Source of the DNA: Macrostomum lignano
Lineage: Eukaryota
DNA: 64,000 nt
Direction: 5' to 3'
NCBI GenBank assembly: GCA_002269645.1
Contig: NIVC01000012.1
Location: 930,001-994,000, forward strand
Under the pieces are notes generated by a model that was given only the letters and a program-made list of their open reading frames with translations, did not search any database and was not told the origin of the DNA. Position 1 is the stretch's first letter. Each line of letters opens with the position of its first letter. Position numbers and translations under genes: made by a program. This document shows positions 46,701 through 61,300 of this stretch, piece by piece.

Positions 46701-48811
46701 TGCTTAGCTCAATGGGTGGCCGTAGCCTGCCGGAATACGGGCTGACTGCTGCAACCGCTGCACCTCGAGTTGGACCACTGCAGTTCGACACGGTGGAACA
46801 AGCGGAGATCACTGAGACGCGAGTGCCGCAGCTGACGGAGGAGCAACGAACGGTGTACGAAGCTGTCACTGCGGACCTGAACCGTGGCTCCGGCGGCCTG
46901 CACTTTGTCGATGCACCGGCGGGGACGGGAAAGACATTTTTGCTTGAAGTGCTCCTGGCTTTTGCCAGGAGCCACGGTGAAGTGGCTCTTGCTGTAGCGT
47001 CATCCGGCATTGCTGCCACTTTGCTTCCTGGCGGACAGACGGCGCACTCAACGTGAGTATTTTCGTATTAGGTCGTACAATATGTCAGTTTATGCTAGCA
47101 TTTTTTATAAATATTTCCATTGAAATTGTTTTTACAAAAAATCAAAACAGTTTGCTCTTTTCATCATGGTTAGTGTTGGACTGCAGCAGTGAGTTGGAGG
47201 CAGTGATATACGAATGCTTCACAAAATTGCTTTTATCAGATTCAAGATTCCAGTTCGGTTGGTCAGGCCTGAAAAAGATGTCTGCTCTGTCGGTGCTCAG
47301 TCGAGACAAGCTGCCGTCATCAGAAGTGCGACTCTCGTTGTCTGGGATGAAATCTCCATGACTAACCGGCAGGACTTGGAGTGCGTGGACCGGACTCTGC
47401 GGGATGTGCGGAAGCAGAATTCTGCATTCGGTGGCATTGTGTTGGTCTGCGCTGGCGACTTCAGACAGCTGCTTCCCGTGGTGAAGAACGGGACCCGGAC
47501 CAACAATGTCCAAGCCTGCGTCAGCAGGTCCGGCCTGTGGAATGCGTTCCGGCGGCACCGTTTGACACGGAATATCCGGCTACAGAGCGGTGATGATTCT
47601 GGGCTGAACCACCGGTATTCCCAGTTGCTGATGCAGGTGAGTCCTGGGCTTTAAAATACTACTGGTGTTGCATTTTTCTTTTTTTTGCAAGTTGAAAGCT
47701 GCAAATCTATTTCCCGAGCAATTTTGGGTTACTAATTGCCCTTGTGTTTTTAAGGAATTGAAATTTAAAGCGGAAATTTTTTACTATCGACCGTCATATA
47801 TTGTTTTTTTGCTGTTAATCTGTACCTACCTAATTTTCCACCGATTATGCTTAAGGCCCATTCACACCGCCATCAAACAAGCGATCACGTCATACGACTG
47901 ATGTAAAATGTGACGAGAAATTATGTATAAATCGTGTGATCACACGAAATTTGGCCCCACTTGATATCGGTGTGAATGGAACTTTAAGGTTATTGACTAT
48001 GCTTAAATTACTTTTTCTGACACTACAATCACCATCAATTGGGCAGATCGGTGGCGGCTCTATCGAAGAGGATGCAGACGGCTCCATTCCGCTGCCGGCA
48101 GAAATCCTGATGCCGGCGGACGCTTCGCTAAGGGACCTGATCAAGTTCGTCTACCCTTCGTTTGACGCGTCCGAGGAGAGAGACGGTTATTTTGCAAGTC
48201 GTGCGATCCTGGCCCCGCACAACGCGTCGGTCGATGTAATCAACCAGGAGTGCCTGGACATGTTCCCCGGTGCCATGCGCGAATTCCGGTCAATTGACAG
48301 TGTGGCTGACGAAGACTCCGCAACTCATTTCCCTTCGGAGCTACTTAATGGACTGGACGCTCCAAACCTGCCGAAGCACTTGCTTAGGTTGAAGGTCGGC
48401 ATGCCTCTTGTCTTGCTTAGAAACATTCGCCCTCCATTTCTCTGTAATGGCAGTCGGTTGATCGTCCTGGCGCTGGGAGACAATGTTCTGCGGTGCAAAG
48501 TGGCGGCTGGCCAATTTGCTCGGGAGGAGATTTTGCTGCCGAGAATCCCGCTGGAGCCTAGCAACGCCGACTTCCCAATCTGCTTCAAGCGGCTGCAATT
48601 CCCGGTCAAGGAGAGCTTCTCTTTGACGATCCACAAGGCACAGGGCCAGTCGCTGGAGACCGTAGGCATCGAACTGACTGACGGCTGCTTTGCACACGGT
48701 CAGCTATATACCGCGCTGTCTCGGGCCAAAAACGCAGCCAATATTCGTGTCCGGATTTCTGGCAAAAGAACGAGAAACATTGTGTACCCAGAGGTGCTGT
48801 CTAATGACTAG
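40748..48811 (+). pseudogene. Helitron 1 multi-exon Rep/Pif1 helicase with N-terminal coiled-coil repeats, OTU domain and Cys cluster
   Basis: OTU PGDGNCWFHAL..EHYDSL; CQHC..ICC; FTGGPRYM..KFGKPNLFVTATCNPQW; EYQKRG|LPHVHILLW (HUH); VKYIIKYLLKG; DAPAGTGKT, WDEISM, GDFRQLLPV, QFPV..TIHKAQGQS..GQLYTALSR. In-frame TAG at 42967 and frameshift near 45483. Confidence 0.95.
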
Positions 48812-50892
48812 CTGTTACCGGTTGTATGCTCCGAAAAAGGATAATACAGTTGTTAAACTGCATTTTAACAAGTATAGTGTAGCATTTCAAGGATCTCATG
48901 GCCACAAAATATAAGGCGGTAGTGAATCTGATTTTCTATAAAAATACTGCCTCCTTACCTCAATTGATATGCCAATAGAAGCATAGGTACAAGTATAATA
49001 ATATCTAAAATATGCAGTTTCACACTGTACATTTCCTCTAACATGCGCAACGTGGAATCGCCTCCAGCACCTGGCTGAGAGCGGCCATTCTTTAAGAATT
49101 CAGTGCGAAGTTTCGCTTCGTCTTTTATCTGCAATATAGTAGCTAAGTTAACATCATTCGGTTTCCGGGTTTGAAGGTTATTCTTAACTACAGTTTATCT
49201 CATTCTCTGTCTCCGTAAACAAAATTTTCACAAATCAAAATACGTATAGCAAATATATAAGCAGCTCCAGTTCCAGTGCGTTCCACTGTTCCAGTGTTCC
49301 AGTTCCCAATAAAATCCTTATTCAGTTCAGATTCGGGCTAGAGAACTTGAAAAGTGAGATTAGCTGCCTAACGACCCGCGGGCAAGTTTTCCAGACCTGT
49401 TGATTTATACTCGTAAGCGCGCTCCAGACCTGCTGAAAAGCAGCTTTCCGACATGCCTCCTTCAGCCCTTTTCTGATAAACTGCCTCCAGACCTTTTGAT
49501 AAGCCGCACGTGAAAGACTGCTAAGCAAAGTGCGATAAGCCGCTAAAATACTCGCTGATGAGCTGCTTCCAGCCCTTTATGATGAACTGCTTCTACAGTA
49601 GATTTTGTGACAAGCCGCGAATACTTATTTCTGATAAGACAGTCGAAACTTGATGAAAAGTCGCTGTTACACAATACATACCAATTGAGCCACCTCAATT
49701 CCCGTTGATAAGCCACTAAGAGACCTCAAATATACTGATAGATCTGCCGATAAGCCGCCTTTAGACCAGGTAATAGAATACTAGCCCTCTAATTGACTGA
49801 CCAGTTAATAAGCCTCTTTACGGACGGGGAAGTTAGTAAGTAAATGAGAAACCACTTGATGCGTTGCTTTGGAAGGCAGCCAATAAGCCGCCAGTGGACA
49901 AGTTGGTAGCCCGAAATCTTGACTGCATTTTTATGCGGCCGCGTCGCTTTGGAAACAGATTATGCATTATTCCTGAGAATTTCTGTAGTCAATCTGTTTT
50001 CGTTTTAATCAAAACTAACAATTTTTTTGCGTTTGCTACAGTTTTTTCTTTGCTCTTTGTGTTGAAGCGACAAGTTACTTACTATACATTTTACTTGTTT
50101 ATTGATCAAACAAAAGCATATATTTTTAGGTCTCCTAAAGTCGGTTCAGATATAGCATTTTATGTACAAACATTGGCCCAGTTATATTAACACGATTTTT
50201 AGTAGTGTTTTTCTTTATCGACTGCGCCATTTTATGGTATTCTATTTTCGTACGAGTATGTTGGTGACTGCCTTGATAACTAGGCAGCAAGCATTCTGTA
50301 TATTAAAAGTGCTTTTCCCTCGGACACTAAAAAATTCGATGTAAACTTTATGGCAGTGCATGTTAATATATCCAACAAGTAAGTAAAAAGTGTTAGTAAA
50401 AGTTTTAGATGCCTAAAATATTCTCGAGGTTGATTACGATTAAAAACTGGATCAAAATTATATCCTCCAATGGCGTGATTAAGATTGAACTGTGACAAAT
50501 TTAGAAATGCATGTACTGTACAAATGATAGATGAATGAATTGAATGTAATTAATAAGCGCTGTCATATTCAGCATAAAAGTTATAACATATAAGCGTACA
50601 GTTTTCGCGATAATATTCGCTTAATATATAATATTGCACTTTCGAATAATTGGATTGCTTGCTGCTGCACCAGGGAAGGGCCTCCCTCTCGGTTATCAAA
50701 AAACCCTGATGAACAGAAGTCAAGGCAAAAGGAAGCAGACAACTGGAATTTTCTGTTATGAGCGGCTAACCTGAAAATTTATCTCAAACAGTTCTAGCTA
50801 CTGCGACGCAAGAATAAACTGTATAAGCCATGCGATTGATTGTCTGCTTCTGGGTCATTTTTAAGGCCCCCCAGCGGGGGGCTTATGGCTAG
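40748..50892 (+). mobile_element. Autonomous-type Helitron 1 (5' end not located; may extend to include the RPA-like gene)
   Basis: RepHel gene plus 3' terminus hairpin gccccccagcggggggc (50866-50882) and CTAG (50889-50892)|T. Confidence 0.88.
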
Positions 50893-53800
50893 TCCAATAT
50901 ACTAAAAATGAAATGTCTGTAACTAGCTATGCGATAGATTTCAGAAAAAATGGCTCAACCGATTTTCTTCAAACTTGCACCATTCGATCAGAAATTTTCC
51001 TGGGACGGTACATGCATCCTGGCTAATAAATTTCTCAATGTTAAAGGGATTAAATATTTGAAAAACATGCTTTTTTGCAAAGGTCAAGCCAAATTTTTGA
51101 CTTGAAATGCATTTTAAGAATGATAGAGAAAAAACTGACTGGCTGAATTCCGATTGTGATAAAGATTGCATCACAAAAAGTTCAAAACAGTGCCGAAAAA
51201 TGCACACAAGACTTGATTGTAATTGCGTAACCATATTGCTAACTTAAATTGAGACTGATACTGGCTGACTAAGAAATTGATTATGTCATAACTTTTTACT
51301 CTAACTGACTTGCTATAAGAATTGAATTATAAGGGCCACAATTCATGTTCTCCAATTGAAAAGAGATAGCCAAGATGCGAACAGACTGGACTGCTAATGT
51401 CGCGACCTGGGTTCGAATCTTAGTAGTGCAAAATAATTTTTTTATTAAAACACTTTAAAACACAAAATGCTAAACATAAAAGAAGCGCAATGTCAAATAT
51501 AAAAGAGCCACCATGCCAAACATAAAAGTGCCACCATGTCGAACACAGAAGAGACACCATGTAAATCATAAAAGAGCCACCATGTCAATCATATAAGAGC
51601 CACCATGTCAAACATTAAAGAGCCACCAAGTCAAACATTAAAGAGCCACCATGTAAAACGTATACATGCTATCAAACATTAAAGAGCCACCATGTCAAAC
51701 ATATATATGACTTCATGTCGAACATTAAAGAGCCACCATGTCAAACATTAAAGAGCCACCATGTCAAACATTCAAGAGCCACCATGTCGAACATAACAGA
51801 GACAACATTTCAAACGTAAAAGAGCTATCATGTCAAACATAAAAGAGCCACCATGTCGAACATAAAACAGCCACCATGTGAAACATAAAAGAGCCACCAT
51901 GTCGAACATAAAATAGCCACCATGTCGAACATAGAAGAGCCACCATGCCAAATATAAAAGAGCCACCATTCCAAACATAAAAGAGCCACCATGTCAAACA
52001 TAAAAGAGCCATCATGTCAAAAATAAACGTGACTCGATGTCAAACATTAAAGAGCCACCATGTCAAACATAACAGAGACAACGTTTCAAACGTAAAAGGG
52101 CCGCCATGGCAAACATTAAAGAGCCACCATGTCAAACATAAAAGAGACACCAAATGTCGAACATTAAAGAGCCACCAAGTCAAACATTCAGGAGCCACCA
52201 TGTCGAACATAACAGAGACAACATTTCAAACATAAAAGAGCCAGCATGTTAAACATAAAAGAGCCACCATGTCGAACATTAAAGAGCCACCATGTTGAAC
52301 ATTAAAGAGCCACCATGTCAAACATTAAAGAGCCACCATGTCAAACATTAAAGAGCCACCAAGTAAAATATAAAAGATCTACCATGTCAAACATAAAAGA
52401 GCCATCATGTCAAACATAAAAGAGCCACCATGTCGAACATTAAAGAGCCACCATGTTGAACATTAAAGAGCCACCATGTCAAACATTAAAGAGCCACCAT
52501 GTCAAACATAAAAGAGCCACCAAGTAAAATATAAAAGATCTACCATGTCAAACATAAAAGAGCCATCATGTCGAACATAAAAGAGCCACCATGTCAAACA
52601 TTCAAGAGCCACCATGTCAAACATTCAAGAGCCACCTTGTCGAACATAAAAGAGCCACCATGTAAAATATAAAAGAGCTACCATGTCAAACATAAAAGAG
52701 CCATCATGTCAAACATAAAAGAGCCATCATGTGAAACATATACGTGACTCAATGTCAAACATAAAAGAGCCACCATGTCAAACATATACGTGACTCCATG
52801 TCAAACATTAAAGAGCCACCATGTCAAACATATATGACTCCATGTCAAACAAATATGACTCCATGTCAAACATATGTCACAGACGTGTTCGTTCCTTCTT
52901 CTAGATCCCACTAGATGTCACCAAGTTGTCGCAGACGTACTCGTTTCTAACTGCAATTTCACCTTAGAACCACTGAGCCTTTTACAGACTTTCTGGTTCT
53001 TATCACTAAGCTGTCTATTTCTAGTAATATTGGCTGCCCTAAACTATGACCTTTCTCTAATTTCACACGATTTCTTGAAAACCTTGTGATAGCGTGTAGT
53101 GCCCGAGCGGTAAGACACTGTCTAATTTCCTAGTTTTAGTCCGAAAGTCTAGCGTTTTCCGAGGATCAAGGGTGTCCAGCAGTAGCTAAACTATTCCTAA
53201 TGCCTAATCCTTAATGTCGATTATTAGCCCGCACGGCTTTCTTAGGATCTATACGATCTCGATCTCCCTACTCAGGTTTCTATTCTTGGTCTCCACGACC
53301 TCAAATTTCCCTATTCAGATCCCTAATTCTTGGTCTCCACGACCTCAAGTTTCCCTATTCAGATCCCTAATTCTTGGTCTCCACGACCTCAAGTTTCCCT
53401 ATTCAGATCCCTAATTCTTGGTCTCCACGACCTCAAGTTTCCCTATTCAGATCCCTAATTCTTGGTCTCCACGACCTCAAGTTTCCCTATTCAGATCCCT
53501 AATTCTTGGTCTCCACGACCTCAAGTTTCCCTATTCAATAAATAAAATAGCGAAAACAAGTCTTAGCGGAAGTTTAAGGTTGAACACTCCAATTACTAAG
53601 AGTTATTGAGCTTTTAGTTGAGAAACGAGGGTGAGCGCGAGTTGTATATTTGGCGGTCCAAGTTGTCTCTTTATATATTCGTTGACAAGGGAGGGGGGGT
53701 GAACATAAGACATTTAATAACAAAAATAACAAAATAACAAAATAACAAAAATAAAAAGGAATTTTTTAACAAAGTATCGTTTTAACAAACCTGTAATTTA

Positions 53801-55286
53801 AACAAAAAGGGGAAGAAATTTGCTGATTGGCCAGGATAAAAAGTCGCGATTAGCTACTGCTATAAGTAATATAGATGATTTATAACAATCTGTCTCACAT
53901 ATATGACTCCATGTCAAACATTAAACATAAAAAAGACACCATGTCACACATAAGGGAGCCACCATATCAAACATAAAAGAGCTACCATGTCAAAACATTA
54001 TTGAGCCATTATGCCCAATATAAAAAGACACAATTTCAAATGTAAAAGGGCCGCCATGTCAAACATAGAAGAGCCACCATGTCAAACAACTAAGCCACCA
54101 TGTCAAACATAACAGAGACACCATTTCAAACGTAAAAGGGCCGCCATGGCAAACATAGAAGAGCCACCATGTCAAACATTAAAGAGCTACCATGGCAAAC
54201 ATAGAAGAGCCACCATGTCAACATTAAAGAGCTACCATGCCAAACATAGAAGAGCCACAATGTTAAACATTAAAGAGCTATCATGTCAAACACAAAAGAG
54301 CCACCACGTCAAACATTAAAGAGCTACCATGTCAAACATAGAAGAGCTACCATGTCAAACATTAAAGAGCCACTTTTTTAAACAAAAAAGAGACACCATT
54401 TCAAGCATAAAAGAAGTGTCATGCCAAACAAAATAGAACCATTATAAAGCTTAGGAAATTGTTGCACTAGCTACTTGTTCTCTGGTGGATGCTTGCTATT
54501 TAAGGATGGATACTTGCTATCAGGGGGATGCTTGCTCTTGGGGGTGGAGAGTACTTGCTATCTGAGAGGGGGTTGCTAGATATCTATAAGGTCTCTTTGT
54601 ATCCAGGTTATGCTTGCTATCAGGGGGATGCTTGCTCTTGGGGGTGGAGAGTACTTGCTATCTGAGAGGGGGTTGCTAGATATCTATAAGGTCTCTTTGT
54701 ATCCAGGTTATGCTTGCTATCAGGGGTTGCTTGCTGTCTGGGGGATGCTTGCGATCTGGGGGATGCTTGCTATCTGGGGGGGGGGATTCTTGCTATCTGG
54801 GGGATGCTTGCTATCTGGGGGATGCTTGCTATCTGCGGGATGCTTGCTATCTGGGGGATGCTTGCTATCTGGGGTCTGGGGGAATGCTTGCTATCTGGGG
54901 ATGCTTGCGATCTGGGGGATGCTTGCTATCTGCGGGATGCTTGCTATCTGCGGGATGCTTGCTTTCTGCGGGATGCTTGCTATCTGGGGATGCTTGCTAT
55001 CTGGGGTCTGGGGGAATGCTTGCTATCTGGGGATGCATGCTATCTGGGGTTGCTTGCTATCGGGGGATGCTTGCTATCTGGGGGATGCTTGCAGTCTGGG
55101 GGATGCTTGCTATTTGGGGATCGATGCTTGAATGCCGTCTGAGGATGCTTGCTGCTTGGGATGTTTTGTTTTTAAGAGGGAATGTCTGTTGTTTTTTCTG
55201 AAGGCTTTATTTCGCTGCCTATTTGTTATTTGTAAAGAACAAGGATTCTATCCAGATGTCCCCCATCGGGGGGCAAAGATTGCTAG
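50893..55286 (+). mobile_element. Non-autonomous Helitron C (same family as A)
   Basis: 5' TCCAATATACTAAAAATGAAATGTCTG directly after the CTAG of Helitron 1; 3' ccccatcgggggg + agattgCTAG|T; same internal arrays as A. Confidence 0.87.
52875..53897. mobile_element. Solo LTR (TG..CA, 4-bp TSD CATA), 1023 bp
   Basis: TGTCACAGA..TCTGTCTCA; CATA at 52871-52874 and 53898-53901; internal 46-bp tandem repeat (about 53290-53535) and AATAAA; absent from paralog A. Confidence 0.8.
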
Positions 55287-55381
55287 TAAATATTCTATTT
55301 TTCCTTAAAAATAAATGAATATACTTTCTAGCCTTTGCATAAGGAAAATTATTGCTCACCTCATTTTTTACGATAACTAAA

Positions 55382-58300
55382 TTAGTCTTCAGTTAGAACT
55401 TCTGGAAGCAAAACGTTTCTGGTCCTTGTTCCTGGAATCCGGACGCGAACATTTGCCGCGTTCTTCGCTCGTGACAGCGCTGTGTACAGCTGGCCATGCG
55501 TGAAGCAACCGACTGACAGGTCAATTCCAACTGCGTCCAGAGATTGTCCCTGCGACTTGTGGATCGTCAGGCAGAAGCTCGGCTGCACAGGGAACTGCAG
55601 CCGCTTAAAACTGACTGGCAGGTCCGCATTGCTTGGAATCAGCGGGATTCGCGGCAGAAGAATCTCGTCTCCCGTGAACTGGCCGGCGGCAATCTTGCAT
55701 CGAAGCACGTTCTCGCCCATCGTGAGTATAATCAGCCGCGTACCATTGCACAATCGTGGCGGGTTGATGTTCCTGAGAAGAACTACCGGCATACCGACTT
55801 TCAGCCTCAGCAAGTGAATCGGAAAATTCGGGGCATCCAGCTGGTTCAGCAACTCAGGCGGGAAGTGCGTAGCGGCATCCTCATCGGCCACACTGTCTAT
55901 TGAGCGGTACTCTCGCAGGCTGCCGGGGAACATGCCCAGGCACGTCTCGTTGATGGCATTCACCGAGTCATTGTACGGCGCCAGGATCGCTCGGCTTGCA
56001 AAGTAGCCGTCCCTCTCCACTGGCTCCTCAAACGATGGGTACACAAAATTTATCAGATCATTGAGCGGCGCCTCCGCAGAAATGATGATCTCATCAGGAA
56101 GAGACACTTTCTCCTCTGCATCCTGCTCAATTGTTCCGGATCCGATCTGGGGGAGTTAAAAGTCAAATATTTAAAACACACTTTGAGCTAGGCATTCTTA
56201 AATAAGTGACAATTTATAAAATGGAGCTCTCAACACGAAAGAAACCGAATATCCTTTAGTTTTCCAATAAATAAACTGATGAAAAAACTTACCTGCTTGA
56301 GAAGCTCGGTGTATCTCAAATACGTTGCAGAATCGGAACTGCTCAGCAATCGGATGTTTCTTGTAAGGCGATGCCGCCGGAAAAATTTCCACAGTGGGGA
56401 TCTGCTAACACACGCCATGACGCTGTTGGCTCGAGTCCCGTGCACCACAACGGGGAGCAGCTGGCGAAAGTCACCAGCGCAAATGAAAACGACTCCGCCG
56501 AATGGCATGTCCTGCTTCCGCACGTCTCGCAAGCACCGGTCAACGGCCTCCAAATCCTTCCGGTTCGTCATAGAAATCTCGTCCCAGACAAATAGACGCA
56601 CTGTCCGAAATACAGCAGCCTGCTTGGACTGCGCTCCAACAGCGCACACGTCTTTGCTTGAGCGGATCGCCCGGATTGGTATCTTGAACCTGGCGTGGGC
56701 AAATAGTTTCAGCATTTCGAGCATTTTTACAGCACACGAAATATTTACTGCTGATTATTGAAATATTGAGAATAAATTACTCACGTAGAATGCGCAGTTT
56801 GTCCACCTGGCAACAGAGTCGCTGCGATTCCAGAAGCCGCAACGGCGAGGGCGACTTCACCCCGGCTGCGCACGAAGGCTAGCAGAACCTCCAGCAGGAA
56901 GGTTTTGCCAGTGCCAGCAGGTGCGTCCAGGAAGTGCAAGCCGCTGGTGCCGTCCACAAGATTCTGAGTCACGGCCTCGTACACCGCTTTCTGCTCGTCT
57001 GTCAGCATTGGTAAGCGCGCCTCAGTAATCTGCGCTTGCTCAACCGTATCAAACTGCATTGGTCCATTTGAGGTATCACCGAGGCCGCAGGCAGGCCGTA
57101 CTCTGGCAGGCTTCTCCCGCCCATGGAGGTCAGCATGCTCTGAAGCTCACGCAGCGCCAGGTCAGTAATCTCCTCGGTGCTCAAGTCTCGGTGGTGGAAC
57201 CGCAGGTCCTCGCTGAGATCCTCGGCAAATTTGCACCAGAGGTCGTTGCCATCCTCAGGGTCGCCCCATATGAGAATAACAGCCAGAAGGTGTCTCAGGG
57301 CTCTTGGCATTCTTGACTGAACGGCCTCAGCTAGACACCGCCGCCAGTGATCATCTCGCTGCAGCAGGCCAAGGGCCATGCAAGCAGCCTTGGCGCTCGG
57401 ATGCACAACGCCGTCCACGGTCTGCAGCGCCTCAAAGCTAGTCGGTCCTCTAACATTCAAAAGGAGCATTCGAACGTAAAATAAATCACCTGCTCTTGGA
57501 CTCACCGTGTACATGCGTGCAACGTTTGTGTTCCGCACTACACCCAGATGGCCATCGACTCGCGTACCCTGCTTGGCCCGCCGCCACTCTCTTTCACTGG
57601 AGTGCCACACGAAGTAGGACGGCACCTCCGTGTAGAGCAAGGACCTAGCAAACTCGTCAGTACGGCACAGCTTAAAAAATGCCGTCAACGTCGAATCCTT
57701 CGGCGTTCTCGCTTTTGCTCTTGCGGTCCCCTCGTTGAAATACACGAGCTGCTCTTCCGACTTGTGAACGCAGAGTCGGATGACCGCCGGAAATCTGTTG
57801 TGCACCTGATCAATAAGTGGAAGGAAAATATGCAGCCTTTAAGTTTCAATAGAAATTCAACTTATACTTTGACGAAGTGTTCACAGCTCTGGTTAAAATG
57901 AGACAATAATAATTATTATTATTATAATGCGAATTACTTCAAAGCCCAAGATGGTATTCACGGCTTCCATTGGGCCAATGTAGCGCGCGGACAGGTACTC
58001 CTTGATCTCATCACGCGGCTCATTTCCTGTCGTTTGCGGCGGCTGCTGGTCACCCACTGCCTGCTCTCTCGGTTCAGTAGAATTCCTATTGGCATCGACT
58101 TTGAACGTCGCCATGTCGCCACCCTTCAGCAGATACTTGATCACGTACTTGACCGACTTCACGGTGGCGCAAACTTCGACGTTCAAGTGGCACGCAAACT
58201 GGAGCAACAGGTCAGGGCTGTACGGGACGACCCACCTGTTTCAATGAAAAAATAATATCATTAACTTTCAGAAACAAAAGCAGCAATGCACAACTAAGCA

Positions 58301-61300
58301 ATATATTAGCGTTTGAACTCCCCTGTTGTCCATGCGAATGCTCCGGCCTTTGAACAGTTTGTCCACTGTAAATCCGCCCATCTCAGGCGACAGTCTGCGG
58401 TACAGTGGGTAGCCAGTATCGCTGGTCAGCGTCACCTGCTGAAACTCTTTCGGAAAGCCCTTGCTGCATTCGCCATTCTCCATGCAAGGACACGCCGGAT
58501 TGTCCTTGCCGCAGGGGCCATGAATCATGTGCGTCTTCACCAGCTCATACAGCACAGGCTGCTGCTCTGGGTCCGGAATCTCGGCAGACACGATGTCATC
58601 GTATCGGTCCGGAGTCACTCGCTGACCGCTCACGAGCCACAGCAAAAAGTGCACATGGGGGAGACCTGGAGCGTCAAAAAAGTATAAAAAAATATCACAA
58701 ATCTTTGTAAATTAAAATCTTAATAAATCTTAACAGTTTGATTCCTGCAAGTCAGAATTTATACTCACCACGCTTCTGGTACTCCAGTGAGCAAACGTGA
58801 GCGGCCTCTTTCCCATAGCGCTTCGTCAGCTGGGCCAACAGAGCTTTCTTCTTCATTTCAAAGACTCGGCTAACAATGTCCGGCCGGTCTTCTGCCCGCT
58901 GTCCAGGCAGCAGCTGAGCGCTGATCTCCGGCCATTTTGGATTGCACGTTGCCGTGACAAACAGGTCCGGCTTACCGAACTTGTGAACATAGGTCATAGC
59001 GTCCTGCAGCCTCTCCATCAGGTACCTTGGCCCGCCAACGAAGCTCGAAGACAGAAGCACATGCGCGGGCTTGCCTATGTCACTCGGATCTCTGTCGGTA
59101 GACCTGCCATCAGCTGCAAACAGAGCGTCCCGCAGACCGCTGTACGTCTCGCTGCGCAGGTCCTGCTGATGGGTCCGCAGATACAGCAGCCTCTCTGCCT
59201 CAATCTTGGCGCACATGTCCACCAAGTACTGCTGAAATAATCTTCGGCCATAGTGAAGCACACTGAACTGGCCCGCTCGCACCCTGATTTCGCTCGCATA
59301 GTACTTCATGGGCGTCAATTTCTTGCCATTACTCATCCGCAACTCCGGGTGCCAGCCATCTTCGCCATTCGGGAACAGCAGCACATACTCCAGCGGGTCA
59401 TATGAGCGGTGCGTCTCACTGATTCGCTGGGAACCGCCTCCACGCAGTTGAATCACCACGTCCCGACTGGCCGGTGTGTTCTCATTATCCTCAACGATCA
59501 GGATACCGACCTCGTTTGCCGTAGGCAAGTTGTAGCGCCTGATTTTGAACGGAGTTTGTGGGATACAAAGTCTGTACAAATTTGACAACTGGATAATTTA
59601 TTACGCAAAATATTTTATCAAATAAAATGTCTTGCAGACACACCGAATGTGTTCCCCAGATGGTCGACAGTCAGGGTGAATCACGATTCGCGCATCTCCC
59701 AGCTCCGGATCTGGCTGATTCGATGAGCGACTGCCCTCAGGCTGCGGACATAGCCGTTGCACTCGTGAAGCAGCGTCTGCAGCAGCTCCAGTAGCTCCGG
59801 CTTCACCTTCCGGCTAAGACTCTGGCGGCTTTCAAGTTCGCGATCGTTGAAATACACCTGCCAGCCATGGGGCTCAGCTGAATCCTCTGCAAACAGCGGC
59901 GCCGTGTTGTGATGCAACTGGCCGCTGATGATGAAGCTGGGACACCAGCCTGGCACCAACCGCCGTTTGGCTCCCAGCGATGTCAGGTGCAGCGCCGAGT
60001 TGTAACTCCTGATATTGGTCAGGAAATCCGCACTCATTCTGTGCCGCCCCATGTACAGATCCGCCAGCACTTGAGGCACGGTGCGGCTGGGCAGTTTCAC
60101 CTTGCCTTTGGCGCAGCAGAAATTCCTCGTCTCAGAGCGCCAAAGTAATGCACCACATTGGTCGCATGCTCTGTCCATTGGGCCACAGTTATGGGCTGGA
60201 GCTTCAGGCCTGATAATCCGTTCTGGCCTGTGATTAGAAGGATTATAGGATTAGGAAGGATTAGTAGCAAGCAGTTTTCCCAGTTGATATTTCAGATTAC
60301 ATACAATTTTATCAGCATAAAACAACTTGAGTTCGATGGCAAATAAACTATGATGACCAGTCACATTAATGACCTACCTATTTTGAGGCCGTCTTGCGCC
60401 ACAATGACCTGCACTCTGCCGAGTTACTCTTGGCTCCTCTGCATCTACAATGGGCTCAGAAACTGGAATCGGATTAGCAAATCGCAATGACTCATAATGC
60501 TCATGGCGCAAAAGAATTCGGACAATTGCAATCGGTGGCTGCACGGGGGACATAAAGTGCTGCAATACACTGCCATTTTCTTGATAAATCACCAGATCAA
60601 CATTAAAACAACGGCTTAAAAGCGGAACAACTTCATCAGGCACATATGTGCCTTCGGAAAAAGAGGAATCAACAATGAAATCAGCATTTTCTGGCAAAAC
60701 AAAGCCTTGTTCAATCAATTCTGGCATAATCTGCACTACACGGCACTACAAGCTCGTGTCTTAAAGATGCCGCATCGGTTTCAAGTGGAGTGCCCTGCAA
60801 CTGGTCACAGACTGCATGAAAAAAAAGTTCCCATCACCAGGAATTTGAATTATGCGCAACGCATCAAAAGGTACCACAGACAGTGTGGCCAACTCATTAC
60901 TGACAAACCTGAAATATGGGAAATATATTGTATACAACTTTTTGGCGGAATTATTAGTATAATGACGAATAATGTTTTATGCTATATTCTACTTTTTCAA
61001 ATCTAAAATGTAATCGAATTGTAAAAAATACTTAGAAAACGATTATCATACATAATTTTGTTAGATACCAATCTCATAAATGAAGATTGTTAGAAACCTG
61101 CATAAACCAATAACCCTAGAAGCCAATCGCATATCCCCATCCCCAATCCCCAAATATACTAAATATTTAACTTACTATTCTTAGAAACCGATCGCATAGG
61201 GTAATACTCTTAGAAACCTACCTACGTCTAATAAATGTACATTCCATCGAAAGTACTGATTTAATAAATAAAATTCCTGGACAGCAATCAACCTCAAAAT

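Noticed and set aside
55328-55345. CTAG + small hairpin as the 3' end of Helitron 2
   Set aside because: The hairpin abuts CTAG with no spacer and the next base on the minus strand is A, not T; the terminus is left unassigned.
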